From contig OZ025799.1 in NCBI GenBank assembly GCA_964019425.1, positions 930,001 through 994,000 on the forward strand: a stretch of 64,000 nt of DNA, written 5' to 3'. The notes below the pieces were generated by a model. That model saw only the letters and a program-made list of their open reading frames with translations. It made no database searches and was not told the origin of the DNA. Origin of the DNA: Flectonema sp. DT1601 (lineage: Eukaryota). The translations under genes were made by a program, and so were the position numbers. Below are positions 27,701 through 37,391 of the stretch, one piece after another (within the stretch, counting starts at the first letter, position 1; each line of letters begins with the position of its first letter).

Positions 27701-30700
27701 GACGTTGCAGTCGTCAACGTAGTTAAGTTCCATTGAGGCACTAATTAATCCATTCGCTGTTGTGAAAGCAGTGTCAAGATGAGCCATCGTTACTCTGCCG
27801 TTCTCCCACTCCAAAGAAGCGTGGGAGGACGCACCAAACAAATTCGCAGTTCCTTGAATGGATGCCTTCCAATCATTTCCTGCTTGTGGAGTTGCTGGGA
27901 CACGAGTTTCAACATCAACAGCCAAGTCGGAAACACTGAATCCTGGAAAGATATCAACAGTCGATACAACAGTTGCTTCCATTGAGTACAGAACTTCTCC
28001 AGCAACAGCGCAACCATTGTACAGAGAAGTTGCCTCAAAGTTGATTGTCGAATTCTTAGCCAATCCTGTGATATATAATTCTCCTTCAGCCTCTACAGCA
28101 GCACACTTGTTGTTTTGATGATCACTTGTGATCTCAGCCTCACCAGAGAATCTAATGTTTGATCCCATAACAGTAATATTTGCCCACAAGGATGAGAATT
28201 CATCGTTCTCAATTTCGGCACGGAATACAGCGCGAGAGTTATCTAAAAAGTGACCTTCTGCTGCTACTGTTCCGGTCCATGAAACATCTCCCGCAGAGTT
28301 TGAAGAGTTTGTGTACATTCCTACGAAATCAACAGTTGCGGTGTCAAGTGCGATGCCGTGGATATCTAACTGTGAAATGGATCCATTCACAGACCACAGT
28401 GGGAGGTGAGCGTTCATCGCATCGTACGTTGACACATGTTCGAACTGAGCAGACATCTTTGGGATAATTCCATTCTTCAAGTCTACATCAAACAAACCAG
28501 ACCCAGTAATAACACCGCCAGCAATAGAAGCATTAATAGATGCGGAGATCGGTCCCAGATCGAATGTTCCTGAGGCGTCAAAAGTTTTAACTTCGTTTTC
28601 ATCAAATGTCAGCTTTGCGGTCATTGTGGCCTGCGCACCAATAGAGATACCTCCACTGGCCATACCTGACCAAACTCTAGAAACAGTTCCTGACGTGTTT
28701 ACAGCTGTTTGTGAAAGAGTGAACTCAGGAGAGATAATGGTGACTCCATGAAACGTGGTGTCACTGGCTGAGACTGCGATGTCGTACTCAGGTTCGTTGT
28801 CGAGACCGCATGAGGCCCTTTGTTTGATCTCACCGTCAGCAATCATTGCAACCGATGGGATTTCTAAATTTACGACACCAAAGTTCGAGGCAGAACACTT
28901 GTCAGCTGTGTATCCAATCTCTGCTGACAGGGTGAAGAACTTCTGGTGAAGAGTACAATCAGCTACCAAGTTAGCAAGTCCCCAAGTTGTGTCCATCTCT
29001 GCCTTTGCACTACAAGCGATACCAAAGACAGTTGTGTTTGCTTCAATGCTTCCATTCCAGAATGTGGAACCAAGTGCCAAAAGCTCAATCGCTCTATCCT
29101 TTGTGGTTGATGAAAAGTAACCAGCGGCTTCTAAACGTAATCCCTCAATCGCTAAGAAGTTAACATCAAGAACATCAGTTGCGTGAACGGCTAACTCCAA
29201 AAATGGTTCAGTAGAATCCTTTGATGCCATAACACATGGATCAACATTCAGTGCGTCAATCTTAATAGTTCTGTTGGCAACGGTAGAGACTCCACCGATT
29301 GTTAATAATTTCTGGTCAGGTTTGAGCAGGTTCATAACAGTTGAAATGATATTCAAAGGACATGAGTCAGGTAGAGACTCGTTGAACATGTTCAAAGTAT
29401 CTTCAATTGCGTCAGCGGTAAACGCAGTCTTGCTATCAAGTACGAAAGGAACAGAAACTAATCCGGTAGTTGTTTCAAGCTCGAAGTCAATTACAACATC
29501 AGTAGCAAGTGCTCCAACTTCTGAAGATTGACTAAGAGACACGGCAACAGGGAAGTCTTCAGATGTAACACGCAATTTTGGTGAGACATCATCGAACAGG
29601 TTGTCATCAGTGAGAGAGACAACAACAGGAGATGGAAGAATTGGAAGTCTAACTGGAACATTCACCTTCACGTCAGATGTTAACTTAATGGCATCCCAAA
29701 GAGAGCTCAATGAGAATTTCAATCCATCCTTTTCACTGATAACAACAATCGGGTGGTCAGCATCGATGTCTGCAACCAAATCGAAAGAAATCGCAAATGA
29801 CGCGTTCTCGACACCAAAGCTAAGTCCTGGTCCGAAGTCCAATGATGCAGACAGATCCTTTGTTGAAACTTCCGACAGAACTTCCACCTTTGAGATATTC
29901 AGGAATATCTCTGGCAGGCCAATAGCTCCTCCCGTTCCTACATTCAAAATTGGATCCAAATTTACTCCCGCCTCAACATTCAGGAATAAATCAGCGGCGA
30001 TTCTGGTGCCGTCAGGGAGTAGAGAAAAAGCTCCCTCAATAGTTGACTCCAACTCCTTGAGACCCAACTTCTCCAAAGCAAAGTCAAGTGAAGGGTTTAC
30101 GAGGGAACCTGACACAAGGTTTGGAATAGTGAAGTCGAGAACCAGTTCAATCATAAGGTACCTCGCGCCATTCTTGCTGACGATTCTTCCTTCGAACTCA
30201 AATGGCAGATGGGCACACAAATTATTGCCGAAGTAGTCGCTCATGGTGTCGGCGAAGATGTTTTTAACAAACGACATAAGTCCCTGAACTGTTGGTGTTT
30301 TTCCGAAAATAGTTTTCAAATCATCAGCCAATTCAATACCTGTTGTTCCCATTCCCAAGACAGTGGACACTTCCTGAAGGTAGTTCGACCAGTCAAATTT
30401 ATCTCCAGTAAGAAGATCGGTTGGGAACAGAGTAGTCGCGTTGGTTTCAAAACGAGATAACACCGAAGGAAAGCGACCCTTTAATAAGTCGAATAGCGCC
30501 ATCTGAAATTCATCGTTCTTTCCAAAAGTTTGCGTGATACCAGCCAGCTTACCAGCTAATCCCATGATGGAAAAGGTTCCGTTGGCACCAAGAACTGATG
30601 AGATGTCTGGTAGGTATGCGCTGTTCGTTGGGTCAAAAGAATTTCCCAAAGAATCAATAGGGAATCCAACAGGATTGCTGAAGGCGAACTTGCTCTTTAT

Positions 30701-33700
30701 GCTGTCAGGTAACAACTTCAAAATAGCATGCGCGTTTGATCTAGTTAGCGCGTATTCCGGCTTCAATGCGAGATACTCACCAAGTTTTTCAAAGCCAAAG
30801 TCTGGGTCGGCTGATGCGAGATCCGCTGCAAGGCCCAGGTGAACCTGAATTTCACTGAACTTTTCTGATAACTTGTCAGTCTTCGGATTTAAACCCATGG
30901 CCTTCAAGAGCGTGTTCTGAAATTGGTCGGACTGCGCAAGCCCGACACCTGCTGAAGTATCCAATTTCAAGGCAGGTGAGTAATCACCAGACATCTTACG
31001 GTACTTTGAAAGCAGAGAGACGTACTTATCGAGAGTTGACGTGAAGTTCACGCGACCGTCGATTCCATGAAGAAGATCATCGCTCATCGTTGACGCAACT
31101 TTGTTAATCAGATTCTGGTCTCCGGAGCTTGTGATGCTCGATACAATGGAATCAAGAGAGTCAGTAATTTTACTAATGAAACCGTTTTCCAGAAAATAGG
31201 TCAGATCCACATCGAGGTCAAAAATGTGGAATTTGCCATCCAATAAGTCAGAATCACGAAGTTCAATGATTGGAGTAAAAACAGCTCCACTTGGAGCAAC
31301 AGTGTCCTTAAACTGAACAGGAAGCTCGATGTTCAAGCTTGCGTACGGCTTTGGTGACACCTGATGGAACAAGAGGTCAGACATCGCCATATTTTCGAGA
31401 TCAGCAAATGAAAAAGTTGCTGGCGAAGCAAACTGAGTAGTATTTGGCTTCACACCTAAAGCCAGTGAAAAGATACCATCCTTCACAGCTACCTTACCAA
31501 AATCAAATTCCAGAGGGTCGATCGTGACCTTAATTCCTGCTTCGTACATGTTAATTCTCAAGAACGCTCTGTCCAATAGGTCAGCAGTACTCATTTTGCG
31601 GGTTGCAGCAATATCAGAAATGTTGATACCAATGGCAACATCCAAAAGCGCATTCGCTTCAAAATGAACCTTGTCTGACAAGTCTGGAACTGGAATGGCC
31701 ATGCTTGCGGTACCAATAAAGTCAAATAGAGCGTCAAGACCACTAATGTCCTTTAATACTCCCTGGATTTGTTCAGCAAAAAACAGGAGTAGGTTGGACT
31801 TGTGAGTGTTGCAGCTCAGTTGTAATTTTACAATCAACTCATCATCAAGGACATCAAAAGTACCTCCGTAAACGTCAGAAGGCTGAAGATCAAACTCAGA
31901 TGACGGCATTGGAATATTGTTTTGGATAACTTCCGCAAGCCCATCCAAGGTAGGCACTCCCTGCAAGTGACCACTAAACAGATCGAAATATCTTTCTACC
32001 GAACTGGTCATCTGCACCAATCCCTTAAGACCCGGAACAAGATTCTTGGCATCAATTGGACTTGGAAGATCTGTTTGTCCTAAACCGTAGTCGGCTAAGT
32101 TAATATCAATATTAGAAAGGTGCTTGAATAACTTCATAAAGACTGGTTTCAGATGAGAAATGTCATCAGGGTCAGTCGTAGTTTGGGAAGGCGGGTTTGG
32201 TCCCGAAGGGGTTGTTCCGGTTCCTGCAGTAGCCACACCTCTCGAAGTAGTGCTGTCATTAATCCACTCAAAGAGTGCAAGCCCATCAGTCTTTACGACG
32301 TACAGCTTGTCACCAACAACATGAAACGACAGGACATCTGTTGGCTCTAAAATCGTTACGGAGAGTTCACCGTCATCTACATTACCGCTCTCTTCAATAC
32401 CGACAAGTTGTAATTGTCCGTTGCATGCCATAAGAGCTCCATGAGAAACAGGAAAAGTATGACAATGTGGCTTCGATTTCACAGGACCAGCAGGTGCAGA
32501 ACCCGGTGCAGGGGTATCAACTGCTGAGATAACCTTATCTCCATCATGTCCAGTAAAGTCAATTGCTACATCAACAACCAAGGCAGTTGGATTAGACACA
32601 TTTACAACATGAAGCTGACCTATCTCATCAATAATGTATGCAATCTTCTTTGTGCCAGTCACCTTAACGGCAACGTCCACACCCCTAGCATAGATTTCAG
32701 CAGGAGGTGAAACAACCAACGGGTTAGTCTTTACTGAAATGTCAAGACTCGATAACTGTCCATCTCTCAGGACGTAAGCAATACCATCGGTTCCTACGAA
32801 TGTGTCAACTGGTGTGCCGACAGACTTTCCAAACTTCAAAACATGACGATTTGGTTTCGATGGGGTTTCGATATCATAAATCTGTAATCCCGTAGCCTCA
32901 TCAGAGATGTAAAGCGTATTGTCGTAGATCTGCAGGGTCAACGCATCATTCATATTTTCTTCATTTCTGGCACCAGTAAGGATGCTATTCACACGCGCCG
33001 GTGCTGCTGGGTTTGAAACATCAATGATGTGAACACTTCCAGCACTGCTGTCGGTAACGACCACAGTCCTTCCGTCTTCGCTGACTGCAATTTCTTCAGC
33101 TCTGATCGCAAGATAACCCACGTTGGCAAAGGTTTCAATGTTTAAAATATACAACCCATCTGTTCCCTTCGCAGCGTAGACTAAGTTACCGGACGTTGCA
33201 ACGTTCTTTGCTCCAGCGAACTCCTTGGACTGCGATTTCTTCGAATAGTAAGGACCACTACCAGGTGCTCTCGTATGAGGACCTGGAGCTGGAGTAGGTG
33301 TTCCCGCTGGAAGAGGAGTTTTCATAGCCGGTGACGTTGTTTCATCAGCAGATGAGTCATCATCATCACTTCTCAAGAAAACAAACACTACCAGCAAGGT
33401 GCAGATCAATAAAATGATAACGGCACATGCGGTGTAGCTTTTGCACTTGGATTTCTTTTCCTTAGTTGGTGGTTCTTCATTGTTCTCCACTGCAATCAAA
33501 CCCTCATCCATTTCATCCATAAATCCGGAGTTTGCTAAAGGCTGAGTTAGATACCCAGAGTCAGCGGCACTTGACTTTGGACTAGCTGGACTCGATTTTG
33601 GACTCCCAGCAGGGCTGCTTGATCTTCTTCTAGCACCCCTTGATTTAAAAGATGCCTTGTGAGAGTGATCCCCAAGGCCAAAATCATCTTCCTTCGACTC

Positions 33701-33766
33701 CTTTGGAGCCATGTCGTAACCTTCATCGAAGACCTCCGTGTCTTCAAAGTAACCCCCTCGTGGCAT
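24785..33766 (-). CDS. Giant type II membrane protein with LVIVD-repeat beta-propeller and long beta-rich ectodomain (~2990 aa)
   Basis: Uninterrupted 9-kb ORF with first ATG at 33766 (MPRGG). One TM segment (AVIILLICTLLVVFVFL), a Pro/Thr stalk, and repeats GLYILNI, SVHIIDVSNP, GLQIYDI, LSSLDIS, LHVVNVSNP. Confidence 0.85.
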   Translation of the reverse strand: MPRGGYFEDTEVFDEGYDMAPKESKEDDFGLGDHSHKASFKSRGARRRSSSPAGSPKSSPASPKSSAADSGYLTQPLANSGFMDEMDEGLIAVENNEEPPTKEKKSKCKSYTACAVIILLICTLLVVFVFLRSDDDDSSADETTSPAMKTPLPAGTPTPAPGPHTRAPGSGPYYSKKSQSKEFAGAKNVATSGNLVYAAKGTDGLYILNIETFANVGYLAIRAEEIAVSEDGRTVVVTDSSAGSVHIIDVSNPAAPARVNSILTGARNEENMNDALTLQIYDNTLYISDEATGLQIYDIETPSKPNRHVLKFGKSVGTPVDTFVGTDGIAYVLRDGQLSSLDISVKTNPLVVSPPAEIYARGVDVAVKVTGTKKIAYIIDEIGQLHVVNVSNPTALVVDVAIDFTGHDGDKVISAVDTPAPGSAPAGPVKSKPHCHTFPVSHGALMACNGQLQLVGIEESGNVDDGELSVTILEPTDVLSFHVVGDKLYVVKTDGLALFEWINDSTTSRGVATAGTGTTPSGPNPPSQTTTDPDDISHLKPVFMKLFKHLSNIDINLADYGLGQTDLPSPIDAKNLVPGLKGLVQMTSSVERYFDLFSGHLQGVPTLDGLAEVIQNNIPMPSSEFDLQPSDVYGGTFDVLDDELIVKLQLSCNTHKSNLLLFFAEQIQGVLKDISGLDALFDFIGTASMAIPVPDLSDKVHFEANALLDVAIGINISDIAATRKMSTADLLDRAFLRINMYEAGIKVTIDPLEFDFGKVAVKDGIFSLALGVKPNTTQFASPATFSFADLENMAMSDLLFHQVSPKPYASLNIELPVQFKDTVAPSGAVFTPIIELRDSDLLDGKFHIFDLDVDLTYFLENGFISKITDSLDSIVSSITSSGDQNLINKVASTMSDDLLHGIDGRVNFTSTLDKYVSLLSKYRKMSGDYSPALKLDTSAGVGLAQSDQFQNTLLKAMGLNPKTDKLSEKFSEIQVHLGLAADLASADPDFGFEKLGEYLALKPEYALTRSNAHAILKLLPDSIKSKFAFSNPVGFPIDSLGNSFDPTNSAYLPDISSVLGANGTFSIMGLAGKLAGITQTFGKNDEFQMALFDLLKGRFPSVLSRFETNATTLFPTDLLTGDKFDWSNYLQEVSTVLGMGTTGIELADDLKTIFGKTPTVQGLMSFVKNIFADTMSDYFGNNLCAHLPFEFEGRIVSKNGARYLMIELVLDFTIPNLVSGSLVNPSLDFALEKLGLKELESTIEGAFSLLPDGTRIAADLFLNVEAGVNLDPILNVGTGGAIGLPEIFLNISKVEVLSEVSTKDLSASLDFGPGLSFGVENASFAISFDLVADIDADHPIVVISEKDGLKFSLSSLWDAIKLTSDVKVNVPVRLPILPSPVVVSLTDDNLFDDVSPKLRVTSEDFPVAVSLSQSSEVGALATDVVIDFELETTTGLVSVPFVLDSKTAFTADAIEDTLNMFNESLPDSCPLNIISTVMNLLKPDQKLLTIGGVSTVANRTIKIDALNVDPCVMASKDSTEPFLELAVHATDVLDVNFLAIEGLRLEAAGYFSSTTKDRAIELLALGSTFWNGSIEANTTVFGIACSAKAEMDTTWGLANLVADCTLHQKFFTLSAEIGYTADKCSASNFGVVNLEIPSVAMIADGEIKQRASCGLDNEPEYDIAVSASDTTFHGVTIISPEFTLSQTAVNTSGTVSRVWSGMASGGISIGAQATMTAKLTFDENEVKTFDASGTFDLGPISASINASIAGGVITGSGLFDVDLKNGIIPKMSAQFEHVSTYDAMNAHLPLWSVNGSISQLDIHGIALDTATVDFVGMYTNSSNSAGDVSWTGTVAAEGHFLDNSRAVFRAEIENDEFSSLWANITVMGSNIRFSGEAEITSDHQNNKCAAVEAEGELYITGLAKNSTINFEATSLYNGCAVAGEVLYSMEATVVSTVDIFPGFSVSDLAVDVETRVPATPQAGNDWKASIQGTANLFGASSHASLEWENGRVTMAHLDTAFTTANGLISASMELNYVDDCNVASQGTANATIRIKDLADLDITGQVSYNKCSGVVQIAGSAALGWNGPTGTSYHSLTVALTSSDNGGDPNAKLGTRDWTGSIAGMSTSGVSALFQFDTKNGTIDGMVKYEDDNVDVKVAVGTSNCTGKGTLVLKKLPHQIPAVEIDISFSRPGCQAPMWRVEGSIKKLTIPFHGKNLVIDEVSVVVENDINDKKTVEIRGDFMDGDFTMSLSFGVQPLTDVIFIGQKKSQTDISIASFTSKWYSKSTTSSPFASSSGNPAMQSSLSSAVLDTITLKINFSEKYLSVRAVGSLYGLEFESAIGIQFDGGKWKFGAYFLTSDFNGRTGMPGIVDKVLDGLKPSELSINIANSKMVIEGIQVRKGLSIRIVLGETNDQMQKMMTSAPSDFRSQIDGAKTPSKTGITGFVLQADILSTKEITVFAMLAGNIHLGGGTYFRTLALAFKISTVPEIGFLAEIDFTVGKGVNQQVLTAGGFIGLDAGGTISIGLSLDSPKPWKNPFGIGGVEVLFPLGIEMGIHVSGSPTSFSFFGGMQIGGAHGRIVIGIDIVDFSKTAFKGEIGGLSMRTLIVDVGRCQKCIVGVEDIVDGTALELLKGSFNPDPINAVVIHAGAASETIDAGMSVNIKNLKILGVLHVESANFKLDVTGIEAGLQLAPVNWGPLTITAPGDPTQGPGFQLALTLTKQQFDVRGEIKLLGLTTMLDLSVGTMGSRGTFHLSLLGLQVDVLLLVQGKPGDKDFKNVIEGSMSVGFVNDILDKAGDFFAGLADKAAVFLEDKQKKFEQAASKVRDAQRKLDAAKDKASKAIRSAQNRVRDYRIRKQRAACAKKCRRGWFGIRICWGVFRCWIMKQFSKLLVVAEKALGVAEHISHAAIDVAKGFLYVAEKAMQVAAKGLEIAKVGAQKFSGLIKKYGSLSKVFSIQSLGFKSVLTSKTTKLDLHADLIILGKAKRLDFSAELSFAEVFKGIMGTVKKAIL

Positions 33767-33867
33767 TTTTTTGTTAGTAGTGATCTGGGTGTGAGTGAAA
33801 AATAAAAAACAAAGAGACACGTTTCACAGAAGATCAACTAATTGTACACACAATATCTAATCACTAA

Positions 33868-34255
33868 TGCAAAAGTATACCTGGGGAAACACCTGACGAA
33901 AAAGATGCGATTATTAAAGGTATACAGGAATCGATCACAAACAAGTTTCCAAACACAGAACTACATCTACCCGTGCTAACAGTAGACCCTTCAAAGGGTC
34001 ACCTTGGCATTGACAAGGCTTCGTTTGCTGGACCCAGGACTAACCTAAACAAGCAGATAAAGAACCTCGATGCTAACATAGCTACAGGGTAAGGAGATAC
34101 CCGATGAGGACATTATAACCAAACCCAAGTCACGCTTCGATAAGCTCGCCATGCACCACGACCTCGCATATGCTGGAGCTGAGAGAGACTATAAAGATGA
34201 TAAGAACGTGTGTACGAAGACAGAAGCACAAGGCCGACTGGAAACTAATAAAAGG
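33868..34255 (+). pseudogene. Frameshifted Polinton/adintovirus- or parvovirus-type phospholipase A2 domain remnant
   Basis: Three frames read ELHLP...SFAGPRTNL, then KPKSRFDKLAMHHDLAY, then RRQKHKADWKL, matching the GPG / D..A..HD..Y / AD signature. Confidence 0.7.
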
Positions 34256-34284
34256 GAACACAAAACACACGAGCTCTCTGGCTC

Positions 34285-35030
34285 TTATTTTGTCACTCAT
34301 TCTCCATTGGTCACGCTCCCCTCGGAGCTGCCTCAGAGTAGAATACTAGTATCGCCTTCTGTACAAACGATACGAGAAAAAGACAGTGCGGCGACCTCAT
34401 TCACAGAGGAATCACCTATTGTGAGGCAATGGTCTGAAGGTAGGCTCGATCTGGATAACTACTGTCAAGCAGTAAGTGACTCTCTTCAAACAAATGAGAA
34501 AGCGGCGCTGCTCTCAGAAAAACTGTTGGAAGCACAATATCGTCACACGGAGTTGAGCTACCAACAGAAGACTGTTCACAAAGAACAATTGGATCAGTCG
34601 ATATTGTTGACGGATGGCCAGTGAGCTCTCTGAACAACTCTATTTGGCCAAAGACCAAATCAGAGCTCTCAAGTTTCAATTACAAACTTGGGCAATTGGT
34701 TTAAATCCTCCAGGAAAGGAAGCGCAAGAAGAGAACGAGACACCTCCACGTCCAAAGGAGCGTTTATCTCAAAAAAAGCGGATTCTGCCCTCTACCAACT
34801 TTCATAATCGCAGGAGAATCTTTCCAGATGACGATTGCTAAGTTTTAGATATTATTAGTATTTATTTATTTGTATTAATTTATCGGTATACTTATGTCTG
34901 TCGAGTCATGACGCTAATCAGATTAATTGTAAATGGCTTAAACCCCAATCCAAGTTCCCAAGGCTTGGCATAGATATGAGTGACGCCTTATTGGCCTCCT
35001 CATCCGTGAGGGGGCCAGCAATGGTTTTTT
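34285..35030 (+). mobile_element. 5'-truncated 3' end of a relative of the NeSL/HERO-like retrotransposon
   Basis: Encodes ESPIVRQWSEGRLDL-NYCQAVSDSLQTNEKAA, homologous to the end of ORF 60994-63741. The 3' UTR closely matches 63850-64000. Confidence 0.85.
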
Positions 35031-35219
35031 CTTTCCTTTTTTTCTTTTACCTTGATATGAATATTTTTTTGTTCAAAATGTGATTACTAAAAAAAAAAAA
35101 AAAAATACTGTAATTATAAATATGAGGACATGTCAAAAGTCTGGTACCGTTTTGGTCAACGGTAAACTGTGGGCATGTACAACTCAATCGAGACCCAACC
35201 CCGTCTGAAACATGCCCCC

Positions 35220-35540
35220 TCCGTCAACATTATCGACTGATCCAACTGTTCTTTATGAACAGTCTTCTGTTGATAGCTCAACTCGGAGTTGCTCTTCCAA
35301 CAGTTTTTCCGAGAGCAGCGCCACTTTCTCATTTGTCTGAAGAGAGTCACTTACCGCTTGGCAATAGTTGTCCAGTAAATCGAGTCTACCTTCCGACCAT
35401 TGCCTCACAATAGGTGATTCTTCCATCGATGAGGTCGCCGCACTGTCTTTTTCTTGTTCCGTTTGAGCAGAAGAGGATACCAGTAGTCTACTTTGAGACA
35501 GTTCAGAAGGGAGCGTGATCAATGGAGAATGAGGGATAAA
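35220..35540 (-). mobile_element. Second, inverted fragment of the same retrotransposon C-terminal region
   Basis: Minus-strand translation HSPLITLPSEL...ESPIVRQWSEGRLDLLDNYCQAVSDSLQTNEK. Confidence 0.8.
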
Positions 35541-35666
35541 AAAAAAGGAAAGACAGGGTTTGGGAGTCCAGGAGCAATGAGTTGCTGCGATGAGAGGGAG
35601 TCGGTAATTTATTACCGTGGACGTTGATTCAAAGGGTGTTGGGGGAAATTGTTGGGAAAAAGGGAC

Positions 35667-36186
35667 AATGCTTCGGACCTCCGTCGACCTTCGTTCTTCC
35701 GGCGGCAAAGGGAAACAAGAAAGAACGGGCAATGAGACAAACCTGTTAGTTGGTGTTGTGTTGTTGTTAAAAACAAAAACATAAACGCCAGGAAGTTCGA
35801 CAATGAAGACATCGACATCGATCGCTGCTCTGCAGATGTCCGGCGGGTGTTTGTCTACACTGTGTTTATTGTTTGTTTTTTTCCCAAGGTTCAACCTTGG
35901 GAAGAGAAGTAAAAAATTCCGTCAATGTTGGCCTTCCTGTTCGAAGGTGCGCACCAATGACGATAAATAGAGTGGGGGGAGAAAACCTTTGATCCAACTG
36001 GATCCCTTCACGAGCTGACATTGCCATGTGAAGTTAAATATTCTGGCGATGCCAGCTCAGGCGACTTAGCCTGCTTTTTTCTTTAAATAAAAAAAATGAA
36101 AAGATACCAACAGGTGGGGTGATGGGTTGCGCCACTGCAATCCAGTCACAAAAAGAAACAAAGGTAATCTCAAGGGTTCTCGACCC
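35667..36186. mobile_element. Element A, internal fragment
   Basis: Near-identical to 54338-54860 and 60478-60986. Confidence 0.85.
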
Positions 36187-36612
36187 AAAGAATAAGGTCA
36201 GAAAAGTAGTGTGTCAAAAGTGTCCAAAAATAAGTGTGGAAAAGTGGTTAAAAAATACTGTAGTAAGCTGACGGCTACCCCACTGTACAAGAATCAGTTT
36301 ATGATATTTTTGCTCGATTTTTTTTTTATTTAATCGGGCTGACCCCCATCTACGCGAATAAGCACTTCGATTTATTTCCAGGTGAGAGACTCATCCATGG
36401 TTGACCGTAAAGAGGAAACTGCGAAATCTCGGTTGTGAGTTTGAAGGATGCTCTTCAGATTTAGGAATTCCGACTATTAGTCGGGCAGGATCACATGTTT
36501 CCGCGCATTTAAATGCAGCTTTGGTCGGCACATTTACTCCTCACAGCAATTTTGTGGTCCACTTTTCCGTTTTTGCCTATTTCTGATAAGGAAATAAAAT
36601 TTTGACTGATAT

Positions 36613-37391
36613 ATCAGTCATTCCTTTTTTTTGCGAACAAATTTTGGACATTGAAAAAGATTTTCAAAAAAAAATTGTAAAAATTTCGATCGAAGCGGCA
36701 TTTTAATGCGCTGCATCGTTGGGTTCATTTCCGTCCGAAATCGGGAGGTTGGCATCACATACTTGTCACCCGAATTGAGAAAAGAGATTTTGTGGTTTAC
36801 TAAATCAGCTCAGCCGTGGACAAGTACCAAAACTAAAAATTAATCGAAGGGTCTAATTTTACACTGCTGGTCCAGCGGGATCCAGAGAAAAAATAATCGA
36901 GCAAAAATATATTAAAGAGTACTAAGCATGTGCCGGTGAGGCAGATTGTTACTACCTGTCTTTTTGGACCTACTTTGATACTTAATGATCATTATCACCA
37001 CCACAGATGCAACATTTTCCTTACATAATTGCTACCAGGGTTGATTTGTTAGTAAAAAGGTGCATATCTCTTGAGTGCGGGAGAAAGAAAAAAAATAGTA
37101 AAAAAAAAAAATTAGGGGTGTTTTTTACTCAGATTTTCTCGATCTTTCCATTCCAGGTCTGGGATTAATATTTATCATTGAGTAGTACCAAGGAAATCTT
37201 GCAAAGAGACGTTTATCTCCTTTTAGCAGCACTTACCATGTTTAAAAGTATATCCCTATGCCTAATTTTACAGATCGCACCCTCCCCGATTCCAAAAAAT
37301 AAAAAATCTAGCAAAAGTAACATATCGTGTAACCTTGCTCAGGCGGTGAGAAAATGGTGTTTTTTGTTCGCAAAAAAAAGGAATGACTGAT
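36613..37391. mobile_element. Tc1/mariner-like MITE
   Basis: About 28-bp inverted termini ATCAGTCATTCCTTTTTTTTGCGAACAAA (36613-36641, reverse complement at 37363-37391), embedded in TA runs; no ORF. Confidence 0.65.

Noticed and set aside
25163..32350. Plus-strand and alternative-frame ORFs overlapping the giant gene
   Set aside because: These are antisense or shadow frames of a long coding sequence.
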